From Squalus acanthias (lineage: Eukaryota), in the NCBI GenBank assembly GCA_030390025.1, contig JASTWF010000035.1, positions 930,001 to 994,000 on the forward strand: a DNA stretch of 64,000 nucleotides. Direction: 5' to 3'. This document shows positions 14,967 through 27,321 of this stretch, piece after piece. The position numbers were made by a program, and so were the translations under genes. The notes beneath the pieces are model-generated. The model had not been told where the DNA came from and made no database searches. It was given only the letters and a program-made list of their open reading frames with translations. Every line of letters begins with the position of its first letter. Position 1 is the first letter of the stretch.

Positions 14967-15697
14967 AACAGGCATTAACATGCTTATCCATTGATTTCCA
15001 AGGGGCTGGGGGTGTGAAGGAATTACCAACCCAAGGAGAGAAATATATTCTAAATGGTTTTTGAATTGTATGTGTGTATACCACTAAGGAGATTGTCTAA
15101 AATATTATCAGTGGTATTAATTAAGAGTTGAGATTTTGAAATGTATCTAAAAGACGTTGCATTTACACAGCACTTTTCATGTGGTCAGGACATCCCAAAG
15201 TGCTTTACAGCTGATGAAGTATTTTTTGAAGTGTAGTCACTGTTGTAATGTAAGTAAACTGCAATGGCTGGCATCATACCTGACACACAGGAAGATGGTT
15301 GTGATTGTCAGAGGCCAGTCTTCACAGCTCCAGAACTTCACTACAAGAGTTCCTCAGGGAAGTGGCCTCAGCCCAACCATCTTCAACTGCTTCATCAATG
15401 ACCTTGCCGCCATAAGGGCAGGAGTGGGGCTGTTTGCTGATGATTCCACTGTGTTCAGCTCCATTCTCAACTCTTCAGATAATGAAGCAGCCCACGCCAG
15501 CCTACAACAGGGCCTGGATAACATCCAGGCTTGGCTGACGAGTGGCAGGTAACATTCGTGCCAGGTAATGACCATCTCCAACAAAATAAAGCTGAGCACC
15601 TCCCTTTGACCATTACTAGCAACACCATCGCCACATCCTGCGGGTCACTATTGACCAGAAGCTGAACTGGACCAGCTATATCAACACCATATACCTG

Positions 15698-16088
15698 GAA
15701 CGGTAGCATAGTGGTTATGTTACTGGACAGAGGCCTGGGCTAATAATCCGCAGATGGGAGTTCAAATCCCACCATGGCAGCTGTGGAATTTAAATTCAGT
15801 TAATTAAGTAAATCTGGAATAAAAAGCAAGTACAGGATTGTTGTTAACCCATCTGGTTCACTAATGTCCTTTAGGGAAGGAAATCTGCCATCCTTATCCG
15901 GTCTGGGCCTATATGTGACTCCAGACCCACAGCCATGTGGTCGACTCTTAACTGCCCTCGAAATGGCCGAGCAAGCCGCTCAGTTGTACAAGAAGGCGGC
16001 TCAGCACCACCTTCTCGAGGGCAATTGGGGATGGGCAATAAATGCTGGCCTTGCCAGCAACGCCCACATCCCAGAAACGTTAAAAAAA
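15698..16088 (+). mobile_element. tRNA-derived SINE with CATCTGGTTCACTAATGTCCTTTAGGGAAGG core (Meta-SINE-like)
   Basis: A box-like GTAGCATAGTGG, B box GAGTTCAAATCCC, LINE-like tail GGGCAATAAATGCTGGCCTTGCCAGC and an A-rich end. Related copies at about 28230-28760, 34705-34775 and 58845-59080. The family label is from recall. Confidence 0.8.
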
Positions 16089-16480
16089 ATGCCAGTCACT
16101 GGGTATTCTTTGACGATTGAATCACCTAAAAGCCTCTCCATCATCTACAAGGCTCAAGCCAGAAGTGTGATAGAAAAACTCTCTCACACCTGGATGGGCA
16201 CCGCTGCAACAATACTGGAGAAGCTCGACATCATCCAGGACAGAGCAGTTTGCTTGATCGGTGCCCCCGCCACTGAACTCTATCCCCCTCCTCCACCACC
16301 AGCGCACTGTGGCTGCAGTATGTGCTGCAACTCATCAAGGTTACGTCAACAGCATCTCCCCTCTACCACCAAGAGTAATAATGTGGAAGCACCATCACCT
16401 CCAAGTTCCCCTCCATGTCACACAATTCTGACTTGGACATGGATCGCCTCATTGCTGGGTCAGAATCCTGGAATTGCCTT

Positions 16481-17232
16481 CATAGAATCATAGAAATTTA
16501 CAGCACGGAAGGAGGCCATTCGGCCCATCATGTCTGTGCCGGCCGACAGAGCTATCCAGCCTAATCCCACTTTCCAGCACTTGGTCCGTAGCCTTGTAGG
16601 TTACGGTATTTCAAGTGTATATCCAAGTACTTTTAACTCTGATGAGGGTTTCTGCTTCTACCACTCTTTCAGGCAGTGAGTTCCAGACCCCCACCACCCT
16701 CTGGGTGAAAAAATTTCTCCTCAAATCCCCTCTAAACCTCCGACCAATTACTTTAAATCTATGCCGCCTGGTTATTGACCTCTCTGCTAAGGGAAATAGG
16801 TCCTTCCTATCCACTCTATCTAGGCCCCTCATAATTTTATACACCTCAATTAGGTCTCCCCTCAGCCTCCTTTGTTCCAAAGAAAACAACCCCAACCTAT
16901 TCAATCTTTCCTCATAGCTAAAATTCCCCAGCCCAGGCAACATCCTCGTAAATCTCCTCTGCACCCTCTCTAGTGCAATCACATCCTTCCTGTAATGTGG
17001 TGACCAGAACTGTACACAGTATTCTAGCTGCGGCCTAACTAGTGTTTTATAAAGTTCAAGCATAGCCTCCCTGCTCTTATATTCTATGCCACGGCTAATG
17101 AAGGCAAGTATCCCGTATGCCTTCTTAACCACCTTATCTACCTGTCCTGCTACCTTCAGGGATCTGTGGACATGCACACCAAGGTCCCTCTGATCTTCTG
17201 CACCTCAGTGTCCTACCATTTATAGTGTGTTC
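16481..17232 (-). mobile_element. 5'-truncated CR1 LINE
   Basis: ORF 16611-17177 encodes the CR1 ORF2 C-terminus (LYKTLVRPQLEYCVQFWSP; FFTQRVVGVWNSLP). The 3' (ATTCTATG)-type tail is at 16481. Confidence 0.93.
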
Positions 17233-18789
17233 CTAATGTCATTGTGGGAGCACCATCACCTCAAGGTCTGCGATAGTTCAAAAAGAAGGCCCACCACCAC
17301 TTCAGGGTAACCAGGCAATCAATGCACCTTCCCTGTGTCACCCTCATCCCCAGTACAAATATTTTTTTATAAAGTGGCAGTGAATGAGATAAATAACTAG
17401 ATCATTTGATTTCAGTGGTGTTTAGCTGAGGGATAAATGGCAAGGACACAGGGAGAACTCCCCCAATCTTACTGTACTGCCATGAACTCTCTTATGCTGA
17501 CCTGAGTGGGCAGACAGGGTCTTGGTCTAAATATTTTTTTGAAATATGATGCCTCCGACAGTGCAGCATTCCTCAGTATTGCACTGTCTGGTGAGTCTAG
17601 ATTACATGCTCAAACCTCTGGAGTGGGGCTTCAACTCCCAACATTTCTGACTCTGAGGTGAGCAAGACAGGCACCCACAGGACAGTGTGGACCAGCAAAT
17701 GGCTGTGTGTGGTGTTTGTAGAGTCTCCATGTTTTGAACTTCTTCAGTCACTGGTTCAATGGGTCAGCAAAATGTCTTTGTACTACCGACCCTGACTAGC
17801 GCCTGCTGCTGATCTGGAGACCTCTACACTCATTTGACTGAAGAGCTAGGATCTACTCTCTATATCCACAGCAGCAAAAAGTATGATCTCTTACTCCCTC
17901 AAGTAAACAAGCTTGTTGCTAGACTGTTTCTACTCCGTTGTTGCATTTGGTGGCAGAAATTGAGATGATGTAGGGGGTTTCTGTTTTTCTTTGTTCTCAA
18001 ATGAAAGTAAGATTTAATTTGGAACTGGTGAACTCCTTGATGGTTCAGTCAGTGCTGCACAGCTCGAAAGGCACGATGTTCCATCCCCAATCTTTCCTCC
18101 GCTGATCTCCACCAGGGTAGCAGTTGAGGTACTCCAGTTAAACTCGGCTCTCTTAGATGGGAAAATCGGCCAGAGTGCTCGCTCCTTGTTCTATACAGTG
18201 ACCTCTGGTGGAAAGTACTGATGAGTGGGTGTACAGTGAGGAGAGGATTGGGCCCAACTTTGATACCGGCCACTGCTGCGTTGCCTGCTGATACTCACTA
18301 TAGAAAAGAAAGGACTTGCATTTATGTGATGCCATCGCTCCTCCTCAAGTATTCCAAAGTGCTACACGCCCAACAAATTACTTTGAAGAGTAGACACTGT
18401 TCATGCAAGCTCACAGATGTGTAATGATCACTTGATGAAATACTGGGGGGATGCCAGTACCAGGAAGAGTTGGTGCCTGTAGGAGAAATGGGGGGAAAAC
18501 TCGAATCTTGTGTGCAGTGGCTAGCTTAGTCATTCACGTTTTCAGACTTGACATGCAGAAGACTGAATGCACAAACCTCCCCCCATTAAGAGTGGCCAAG
18601 TTAAGAGCAAATTGCAGATGTTGCACCTACTGCTGTAAGTCTGTGGCCACAGGAAGTCTTCAAACGACATTGTCAGCAAGCTTCGGAATTAACTGCTATC
18701 TCAGTAGAAAAAAACGTCTGTTAAGCAGATAGTGACTGGGTGTGTGACTGATACAGCACAGCGGCAAGTGCGTTCAGTCAGCATGCCAG

Positions 18790-20125
18790 AATCTATTATT
18801 ATTAAGGACGTGGTAATAGGACACTTAGTAACTCATAATATGATTAGGCAGGGTCAGCATAGTTTTATGAAATGGAAATAGTGTTTAACAAATCTGAGTG
18901 TTTTGAGGGTGTAACTAGCAGGGTAGATAAGGGGGGAACCAGTGGATGTGGTGTATTTGGATTTTCAGAAGGCATTCGATAAGGTGCCACACAGGAGGTT
19001 ATTACACAAAATTAGGGTTCATGGGATTGGGGTAATATATTAGCGTGGATTGAGGATTGGTTAACGGACAGAAAATAGAGAGTAGGAATAAATGGGTCAT
19101 TTTCAGGACGGCAGGGTATAACTAGTGGAGTGCCGCAAGGATCAGTGCTTGGGCCTCAGCTATTTACAATCTATATTAATGACTTAGATGAAGGGACCGA
19201 GTGTAACGTATCCAAGTTTGGTGACGATATAAAGCTAGGTGGGAAAGTAAGCTGTGAGGAGGGCGCAAAGAGGCTGCAGAGAGATATAGACAGTCTAAGT
19301 GAATGGGCAATAAGGTGGCAGATGGAGTATAATGTAGAGAAATGTGAAGTTATCCACTTTGGTAGGAAGAATGGAAAAGCAGAGTATTGTTTAAAAGGTG
19401 AGAGACGAGTAAATGTTGGTGTTCAGAGGGATCTGGGGATCCTTGTACACGAATCACAGAAAGTTAACATGCAGGTACAGCAAGCAATTAGGAAGCCAAA
19501 TGGTATGTCCACCTTTATTACAAGAGGGTGGAGTATAAGAGTAAGGAAGTCTTGCTGCAATTTTATATAGGTGAGACCACACCTGGAGTACTATGCACAG
19601 TTTTGGTCACCTTCTCTGAGAAAGGACATACATGCCTTAGAGAGGGTGCAACAATATTGATTTCTGGGATGAGAGGGCTGTCCTATGAGGAAAGATTGAT
19701 TAGAATGGGCCTATATTCTCTCGAGTTTAGAAGAATGAGAGGTGATCTCATTGAAACATATAAAATTCTTAGAGGGCTTGGCAGGGTAGATGCTGAGAGG
19801 CTGTTTCCCCTGGCTGGAGAGTCAAGAACTAGGGGTCACAGTCTCGGGATAAGGGGTCGGCTGTTTAGGACCGAGATGAGAATTTTTGTTCACTGAGGGT
19901 TGTGAATCTTTGGAATTCTCTTCCCCAGAGGGCTGTGGATGCTGAGTCGTTGAATATATTCAAGACCGAGATCGTTAGAATTTTGGGCACTAAAGGAATC
20001 AAGGCATATGGAGATAGGGTGAGAAAGTGGAGTTGGTGTAGAAGTTCAGCCATGATCTTATTGAATGGTGGAGTAGGTTTGAGGGGTCATAAGGCCTACT
20101 CCTGCTCCCATTTCTTATGTTCTTG
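18790..20125 (+). mobile_element. 5'-truncated, frameshifted CR1 LINE
   Basis: RT fragments PQGSVLGPQLFTIYINDLD and GLYSLEFRRMRGDLIETYKIL, ending in the CR1 3' UTR CCTACTCCTGCTCCCATTTCTTATG. Confidence 0.92.
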
Positions 20126-20899
20126 CGTGCTCACTGAGCTGGGGTGTCGCACACTGAGAGAATTGTACAAGATTTTACAAACTGTTGACACATTGAGTAT
20201 ATGAATTGTATTTTTTGTCGACTGCTGGTGTTGCAGCAATCGTACATTCAGGGAAGCATCCTCCTCTGGTTGGGAGACCTGAGCAACACAGCAGCATGAG
20301 TCATAGTAAGAGGAGCTGGCAGGAATGGGTGCGGTTCTGCAGTATGGTGCAGCCATGTGTGTTGTGTATATATAGTAAACTGAAGGCAATGCTGGGACAA
20401 CTCTGCAAAGTCAAGAGTAGTATCAAGGAAAAGCCCTAAGGGCTGACTGTATGAAATTGTATTGCTGAGGTGTACCTGTGAGCTGAATCCTCTTTTCTGT
20501 GGCTACATCAACCACCCCCCCCCCCACATGGAAGCCAATTAACTAGACTGGATCTGTTGTGCACTAACAATCGCCGAGGCCACTACTCCCCTCCACTGGA
20601 CCCCTGGATCAATCTAATACTGGATCATTCTCCGTTCTCCTTGGCTTTCCATTTTCCACTCTAACTTTGGACTCACACACTGTCATTGCCTGCTCCTTAT
20701 TAATTTACCACAAGGTCATGTCTATCCTAATCTTTGCATGCCGACGTGACCTGAATTTCACGTGTGCATTTTGCTGCCGCTCCGGATCCGAGCCCATTAC
20801 TTCTATCTCCCTTTTTCTTTCTCTTCTCTTTACTCCTCTGGGCCCTTCTCTCCTCTCCTGTCTCCTCCCCTTCTTGTTACTCAGTCATTCCTATAACTT

Positions 20900-23330
20900 C
20901 TTTCTCTCCTGCTGCCGTCCTAGGCTTGACTTCTCTCCTGGATAATCCACAGCTTCCCTCTGTGCCTATCCTGGCATTCTCCAAAGGGCCCATTGAGACC
21001 CTCCTTACGAGCAGCAACCCCAACTGCCCCACCCTCGTCTCACCAACCTTCCCACCCCACATGCCCAGCAGACCCTGGGGACTCTGGCAGTGGATTAACA
21101 ATCACCGCACTATCCGTCTTTCTCTCTACCGCCCATCCAAGCCCCATCCCAGGATCCTCACCAAAATATCATCTCTCCTTTCCTCACTCGCTCCTCTGAG
21201 TTTACTACCGTCTTGTCCTCCTTTAAACTCCTAATCATATTCATGGTCACCCCCTCAACCTTGCCATCTCACGTGGCTTCTCTCCCCTCGTCGTCTCAAA
21301 CACAGTCCAGGCCATCTTTGATCACTTCCTTATCCCTCATCACTCATTCCCCCTTCCAGCTGTACTTCCTTCTGCCTCCGGCCCAGGAAAAACTCCCCCC
21401 ACTTACAACACTTTCAAGTTCTAACTTTTGCCTCCATTTGCCAAAATACTTTTGCAGCAATCCATCTGCTCAATCACACCTCCACCTTCAATGCTGCTGT
21501 TCCCAGTAAGATTCTTACTCTCTTGCACCCTGGTCGTTCCCCGGGTACGCCCCCATCTTCGCTCCCTTAAGTCCAAGGGCGCAGACTTGAGCGTATACTG
21601 TGTACAACTGTTTCAGCCATCCATCGCCCGATCTGTCTGGGCCACATCAAGCACAGTCGGGCCATGCTCTCCTCTGCCAAAACTGCTTAATATTCCAGGA
21701 TCATCCTAGAATGCAACGATAACCCTTGGCTTCTTTGTTCCACTACCAATCGTCTCCTTAAGCCACTCTCCGTGCCCCTTCCACCCTCGCCTCCCAACAA
21801 CAAGCGCGAGGAGCTCATTGATTTCTTTGTCAGTAAGATTGAGAACATCTGTTCAGCTGCATCTGCCTCTTCCCTGCCTTGAACTCGTATCTTTCTCCAG
21901 TTTCTCTCCTGTCTCCTCTCATGCCCTATCCAAGCTCATCTTGTCGATGAGACCCACCTCCATCTCTCTTCACCCTATCCCCACTAAACTGCTGACCACT
22001 TAACTTCCCTTCTTGGCCCCACCCATGCTAGCTAATGCTTTAAACGGTTCCCTATCCTCGGGTACTGTCCCCCTCCCCTTTTAAATCTTCCGTCATCACC
22101 TCCCTCCTCAGAAAATACCACCCTTGATCCCTCTGTCCTTGCAAACAACCACCCCATCTCCAACCTCCCTTCTCAAATCTTTGAACGTGTTGTCGCCTCC
22201 CAAATCCATGCCCATCTTTCCTGCAGCTTTGTTGAACCTCTACAGTCAGGGTTCTGCCCCTGCCACAGCACTGAAATGCCCCTAGTTAGTCACAAATGAC
22301 ATCCTATGTGACTGTAACCGTAGTTCACTATCTCTCCTCATCCTTCTTGACCAATCTGCAGCCTTTGGCATGGTTGACCACACGATTCTCCTCCAACGCC
22401 ACTCCACTGTTGTCCAGCTGGGTGGAGCTGCCCTCGCCTGGTTCCATTCCTATCTATCCAGTCATAGCCAGAGAATCACCTGCAATGGCTTCTCTTCCGC
22501 TCCCGCACCGTTACCTCTGGAGTCCCCCAAGTATCTGTCCTTGGCCCCCTCCTATTTCTTATCTACATCCTGCCCCTGGGCGACATCATCCGAAAACACA
22601 GCGTCAGTTTCCACATGTACCCTGATGTCACCAGCAACTCTCTCGACCCCTCCAGTGTGTCTCTGTTGTCAGACTGTAGTCCTGGATGTGGTGCAATTTT
22701 CTACAATTAAACATTTGGAAGACAAACTCCATTCCCTAGCCACCGATTCTATCCCTCTCCCAGGCTACTGTGTGAGGCTGAACCAGACTGTTTGCAACCT
22801 TGGTGTCCTGTTTGACCCTGGTCTGAGCTTCCGACCACATATCCTCTCCATCACCACCTAGTTCCACCTCTGTAACATCGCCTTTCTCCACCCCTGCCTT
22901 TGCCCATCTGCTGCTGAAACCCTCATCCATGCCCTTGTTACCTCCAGGTTCGATTATTCCAGTGCACTCCAGGCCGGCCTCCCATTTTCCACCCTCCATA
23001 AACTTGTGCTCATCCAAAACTGTGCTACTCGTATCCAAACTCGCACCAAGTCCCGTTCACCCATCACCTCTGTGCTCGCTGACCTACATTGGCTCCCGGT
23101 CCGGCAACACCTCGATTTTAAAAGTCTCATCCTCGTGTACAAATCCCTCCATGGCATCGCCCCTCCCTATCTCTGTAACCTTCTCCAGCCCTACAACCCT
23201 CCAAAACTCTGCATTCCTCCAAATCTGGACTCGTGCGTCCCCCATTCCCTTCACCTCACCACTTGCGCTGTGCATTTAGCCGTGTAGGCCATAAGCTTTA
23301 GATTTCCCTTCCTAAACCTCTCTGTCTCTC
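20900..23330 (+). mobile_element. Decayed L2-clade LINE (endonuclease remnant, RT, 3' end); its tail resumes at about 27711-27840
   Basis: Fragments SLYRPSKPH, VDHTILL...LAWFHSYLS and LIQNCATRI...PITSVLADLHWLPVRQ...PPYL are typical of L2 ORF2. The tail is split by the CR1 at 23331-27709. Confidence 0.85.
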
Positions 23331-23422
23331 CATAGAAACATAGAAGATAGGAGCAGGAGTAGGCCATTCAGCCCCTCGAGCCTGCTCCGCCATTCAATGA
23401 GATCATGGCTGATCATCCAAAT

Positions 23423-26248
23423 TTAATACCCTGTACCTGCCTTCTCTCCATATCCCTTGATCCCTTTAGTTTTAAGAAATATATCTAACTCCTTCTTGAA
23501 TATATTTAATGAATTGGCCTCTACTGCCTTCTGTGGTAGAGAATTCCACAGGTTCACCACTCCCTGGGTGAAGAAATTCCTCCTCATCTCAGTCCTAAAT
23601 GGCTTACCCCTTATCCTTAGACTGTGACCCCTGGTTCTGGACTCCCCGGCCATCGGGAACATCCTTCCTGCATCTAGTCTGTCTAGTCCTGTTAGAATTT
23701 TATAAGTTTCAATGAGATCCCCTCTCATTCTTCTAAACTCCAGTGAGTATAAGCCCAATCGACCCAATCTCTCCTCATACGTCATTTCTGCCATCCCGGG
23801 TATCAGCCTGGTGAATCTTCGCTGCACTCTCTCCATGGCAAGAACATCCTTCCTCAGAAAAGGCGACCAAAACTGCACACAATACTCAAGATGTGGTCTC
23901 ACCAAGGCCCTGTACAACTGCAGCAAGACATCCTTGATCCTGTACTCGAACCCTTTCGCTATGAAGGCCAACATACCATTTGCCTTCTTCACCGCCTGCT
24001 GCACCTGCATGCTTACCTTCAGCGATTGGTGCACAAGGACACCCAGGTCTCGTTGCACTTCCCCTTCTCCCAATCTATTGCCATTCAGATAATAATCTGC
24101 CTTCCTGTTTTTGACACCAAAGTGGATAACCTCGCATTTATCCACGTTATATTGCATCTGCCATGCTTCTGCCCACTCACCAAACCTGTCCAAATCATCC
24201 TGGAGTTTCTCGGCATCCTCCTCCTGGCACACACTCCCTCCCAGCTTTGTGTCGTCTGCAAACTTGGAGATATTACATCCAATTCCATCGTCCAGATCAT
24301 TAATATATATTGTGAATAGCTGGGGTCCTAGTACCCCACTAGTCACCGCCTGCCACTCGGAAAAAGACCCATTTTTTCCAACTCTTTGCTTTCTGTCTGC
24401 CAACCAGTTCTCTATCCAAGTCAATACCTTGCCCCCAATCCCATGTGCCTTAACTTTACACGCTAATCTCTTATGCGGAACCTTATCGAAAACCTTCTGA
24501 AAGTCCAAATACACCACATCCATTGGTTCTCCCTTATCCATTTTACCAGTTACATCCTCAAACAATTCCAGTAGATTAGTCAAGCACGATTTGCCTTTTG
24601 TAAATCCATGTTGACTTTGTCCGATCCTGTCACTGTTTTCCAAGTGCTCTGCTATTACATCTTTTATAATGGACTCTAGCTTTTTCCCCACTACCGATGT
24701 CAGGCTTACTGGTCTATCATTCCCCGTTTTCTCTCTACCACCTTTTTTGAATAGTGGGGTAACATTAGCTACCCTCCAATCCATGGGTACTGTTCCACAG
24801 TCTATAGAATTTTGGAAGATGACCAGCAATGCATCTACTATTTCTAGGGCCACTTCCTTAAGTACCCTAGGATGTAGATTATCAGGCCCTGGGGATTTAT
24901 CGGCCTTCAATCCCGTCAATTTCCCTAACACTATTTCCCTACAAATACTGATTTCTTTCAGTTCCTCCTTCTCATTAGACCCTATGTTCCCCGACATCTC
25001 TGGGAGGTTATTTGTGTCCTCCTTTGTGAAGACAGAACCAAAGTATGTATTTAATTGGTCTGCCATTTCTTTGTTCCCCATTATAAATTCCCCTGATTCT
25101 GACTGCAAGGGACCTACGCTTGACTTCACCAATCTTTTTCTCTTCACATATCTATATAAGCTTTTACAGTCAGTTTTTATGTTCCTTGCAAGCTTACTCT
25201 CATACTCTATTTTCCCCCTCTTAATTAATCCCTTTGTCCTTCTTTGCTGAATCCTATACTGCTCCCAATCCTCAGGTTTTCTGCTTTTTCTGGCCAATTT
25301 ATATGTCCTTTCCTTGGATCTTATGCTATCCCTAATTTCCTTTGTTAGCCACGGTTGAGTCACCTTTTTTGTTTTATTTTTATGCCAAACTGGGATGAAC
25401 AAATTCTGTAGTTCATCCATGTGATCTTTGAATGTCAACCCTTTGAGTGACATTCCCCAATCAATCCTACCCAACTCGCGCCTCATACCATCGTAGTTTC
25501 CTTTATTTAAATTCAGGACCCTAGTCTCTGAGTCAACTACTTCACTCTCCATCTTAATGAAGAATTCGATCATATTATGATCGCTCCGACCCAAGGGGCC
25601 TTGCACAACAAGATTGCTAATTAATCCTTTCTCATTACATGATACCCAGTCTAAGATGGCCTGATCTCTAGTTGGTTCCTCAACATATTGGTCCAGGAAA
25701 CCATCCCGTATACACTCCAGGAATTCCTCCTCCACAGTATTGTTACTAATTTGGTTAGCCCAATCTATATGTAGATTAAAGTCGCCCATGATAACTGCTG
25801 TGCTCTTATTGCACGCTTCTCTAATTTCCCTTTTAATGCCATCCCCAACCTCTGTATTACTGTTTGGGGATCTATACACCACTCCCACTAGCGTTTTCAG
25901 CCCCTTGGTATTTCTCAGTTCTACCCATACAGATTCCACATCATCAGAGCTAATAGCCTTCCTTACAATTGTGTTAATCCCCTCTTTAACCAGCAATGCT
26001 ACCCCACCTCCCTTTCCTTTTTGCCTATCTTTCCTGAATATTGAATACCCCTGTATGTTGAGTTCCCAGCCTTGGTCACCCTGGAGCCATGTTTCCGTAA
26101 TCCCAATCATATCATATTCGTTTACCTCTATTTGCGCAGCTAATTCATCCACCTTATTACGAATGCTCCTCGCATTAAGACACAAAGCCTTCAGGCTTGT
26201 TTTTTTAACGCTCTTAGACCTTTTAGAATTTTTTTTTACTGTGGCCAC
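23423..26248 (-). CDS. CR1 ORF2, APE endonuclease / reverse transcriptase (941 aa, open but lacking the PQG motif)
   Basis: LNARSI, ITETWL, GDFN and SDH endonuclease motifs; QHGF, YLDFQK and FADD RT motifs. Confidence 0.9.
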   Translation of the reverse strand: MATVKKNSKRSKSVKKTSLKALCLNARSIRNKVDELAAQIEVNEYDMIGITETWLQGDQGWELNIQGYSIFRKDRQKGKGGGVALLVKEGINTIVRKAISSDDVESVWVELRNTKGLKTLVGVVYRSPNSNTEVGDGIKREIREACNKSTAVIMGDFNLHIDWANQISNNTVEEEFLECIRDGFLDQYVEEPTRDQAILDWVSCNEKGLISNLVVQGPLGRSDHNMIEFFIKMESEVVDSETRVLNLNKGNYDGMRRELGRIDWGMSLKGLTFKDHMDELQNLFIPVWHKNKTKKVTQPWLTKEIRDSIRSKERTYKLARKSRKPEDWEQYRIQQRRTKGLIKRGKIEYESKLARNIKTDCKSLYRYVKRKRLVKSSVGPLQSESGEFIMGNKEMADQLNTYFGSVFTKEDTNNLPEMSGNIGSNEKEELKEISICREIVLGKLTGLKADKSPGPDNLHPRVLKEVALEIVDALLVIFQNSIDCGTVPMDWRVANVTPLFKKGGREKTGNDRPVSLTSVVGKKLESIIKDVIAEHLENSDRIGQSQHGFTKGKSCLTNLLELFEDVTGKMDKGEPMDVVYLDFQKVFDKVPHKRLACKVKAHGIGGKVLTWIENWLADRKQRVGKNGSFSEWQAVTSGVLGPQLFTIYINDLDDGIGCNISKFADDTKLGGSVCQEEDAEKLQDDLDRFGEWAEAWQMQYNVDKCEVIHFGVKNRKADYYLNGNRLGEGEVQRDLGVLVHQSLKVSMQVQQAVKKANGMLAFIAKGFEYRIKDVLLQLYRALVRPHLEYCVQFWSPFLRKDVLAMERVQRRFTRLIPGMAEMTYEERLGRLGLYSLEFRRMRGDLIETYKILTGLDRLDAGRMFPMAGESRTRGHSLRIRGKPFRTEMRRNFFTQGVVNLWNSLPQKAVEANSLNIFKKELDIFLKTKGIKGYGEKAGTGY

Positions 26249-26371
26249 GTTTGATTTAAACCCTTGATTTCTCTGACTGACACCTTTGTTTTTTGCCTTC
26301 CTGACTTTTGCTTCTATTCTTGTTTCCCTTTCCTCTGTCTCCCTGCTCAGGTTCCCAACCCCCTGCCATTT

Positions 26372-27321
26372 TAGTTTAAACCCTCCCCCAGAGCACTAGC
26401 AAACACTCCCCCTAGGACATCGGTCCCGGTCCTGCCCAGGTGCAAACCGTCCGATTTGTACTGGTCCCACCTCCCCCAGAACCGGTTCCAATGTCCAAGG
26501 AATTTGAATCTCTCCCCCTTGCACCATTCCTCTAGCCACGTATTCATCTGAAATATCTTCTATTTCTACTCTGACTAGCACGTGGCACTGGTAGCAATCC
26601 TGAGATTACTACCTTTGAGGTCCTATTTTTTAATTTATCTCCTAACTCCCTATATTCAGCTTTTAGGACCTCATCCCGTTTTTTACCTATATCGTTGGTA
26701 CCTATATGCACCACGACAACTGGCTGTTCACCCTCCCCTTCCAAAATGTTCTGCAGCCGCTCTGAGACATCCTTGACCCTTGCACCAGGGAGGCAACACA
26801 CCATCCTGGAGTCTCGTTTGCGGCCGCAGAAACGTCTATCTATTCCCCTTACAATAGAATCCCCTATCACTATTGCTCTACCCCTCTTTTTTCCTCCCGT
26901 CCTGTGCAGCAGAACCACCCCTGGTGCCAGGAAGTTGGCTGCTGCTGCCTTCCCCTGATAAGCCATCCCCCTCAACAGTATCCAAAGTGGTATATCTGTT
27001 TGAAAGGGGGATGTCCACAGGAGACCCCTGCACTACCTGCCTGCGCCGACTACTCTGCCTGGTGGTCACCCATTCTCTTTCTGCCTGTGCAGCCTTTACC
27101 TGCGGTGTGACCAACTGGTTAAACGTGCTATCCACGAGGTCCTCAGCATCGCGAATGCTCCAGTATGCATCCATTCGCAGCTCCAGCGCCGCAATGCGGT
27201 CTGCCTGTAGCTGCAGCTGGATACACTTCCCGCACACATGGTCGCCAGGGACACAGGAAGTGTCCCTGATTTCCCACATAGCGCAGGAAGAGCATAGCAC
27301 GGCGCTGAGCTGTGCTGCCAT
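26372..27321 (-). pseudogene. CR1 ORF1 (Cys-rich finger plus SGNH esterase), frameshifted
   Basis: CSSC...CGKC in ORF 26878-27321 and GDSIVRG...HIGTND in ORF 26544-26975 lie in different frames; a further shift occurs near 26550. Confidence 0.85.

Larger units (their letters stand above)
15262..17360 (+). mobile_element. Degenerate CR1-clade LINE 3' portion (RT plus tail), interrupted twice
   Basis: ORF 15157-15552 contains VPQGSGLSPTIFNCFINDL and LFADD; ORF 15864-16493 contains IYKAQARSVIE. The tail at 17233-17360 resembles the SINE tail near 16000-16088. Confidence 0.8.
15150..17665 (-). mobile_element. Second Deu-type SINE split by nested insertions (tail about 15150-15260, body and head about 17370-17665)
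   Basis: Both pieces match the 14187-14966 SINE in order and orientation. Confidence 0.65.
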
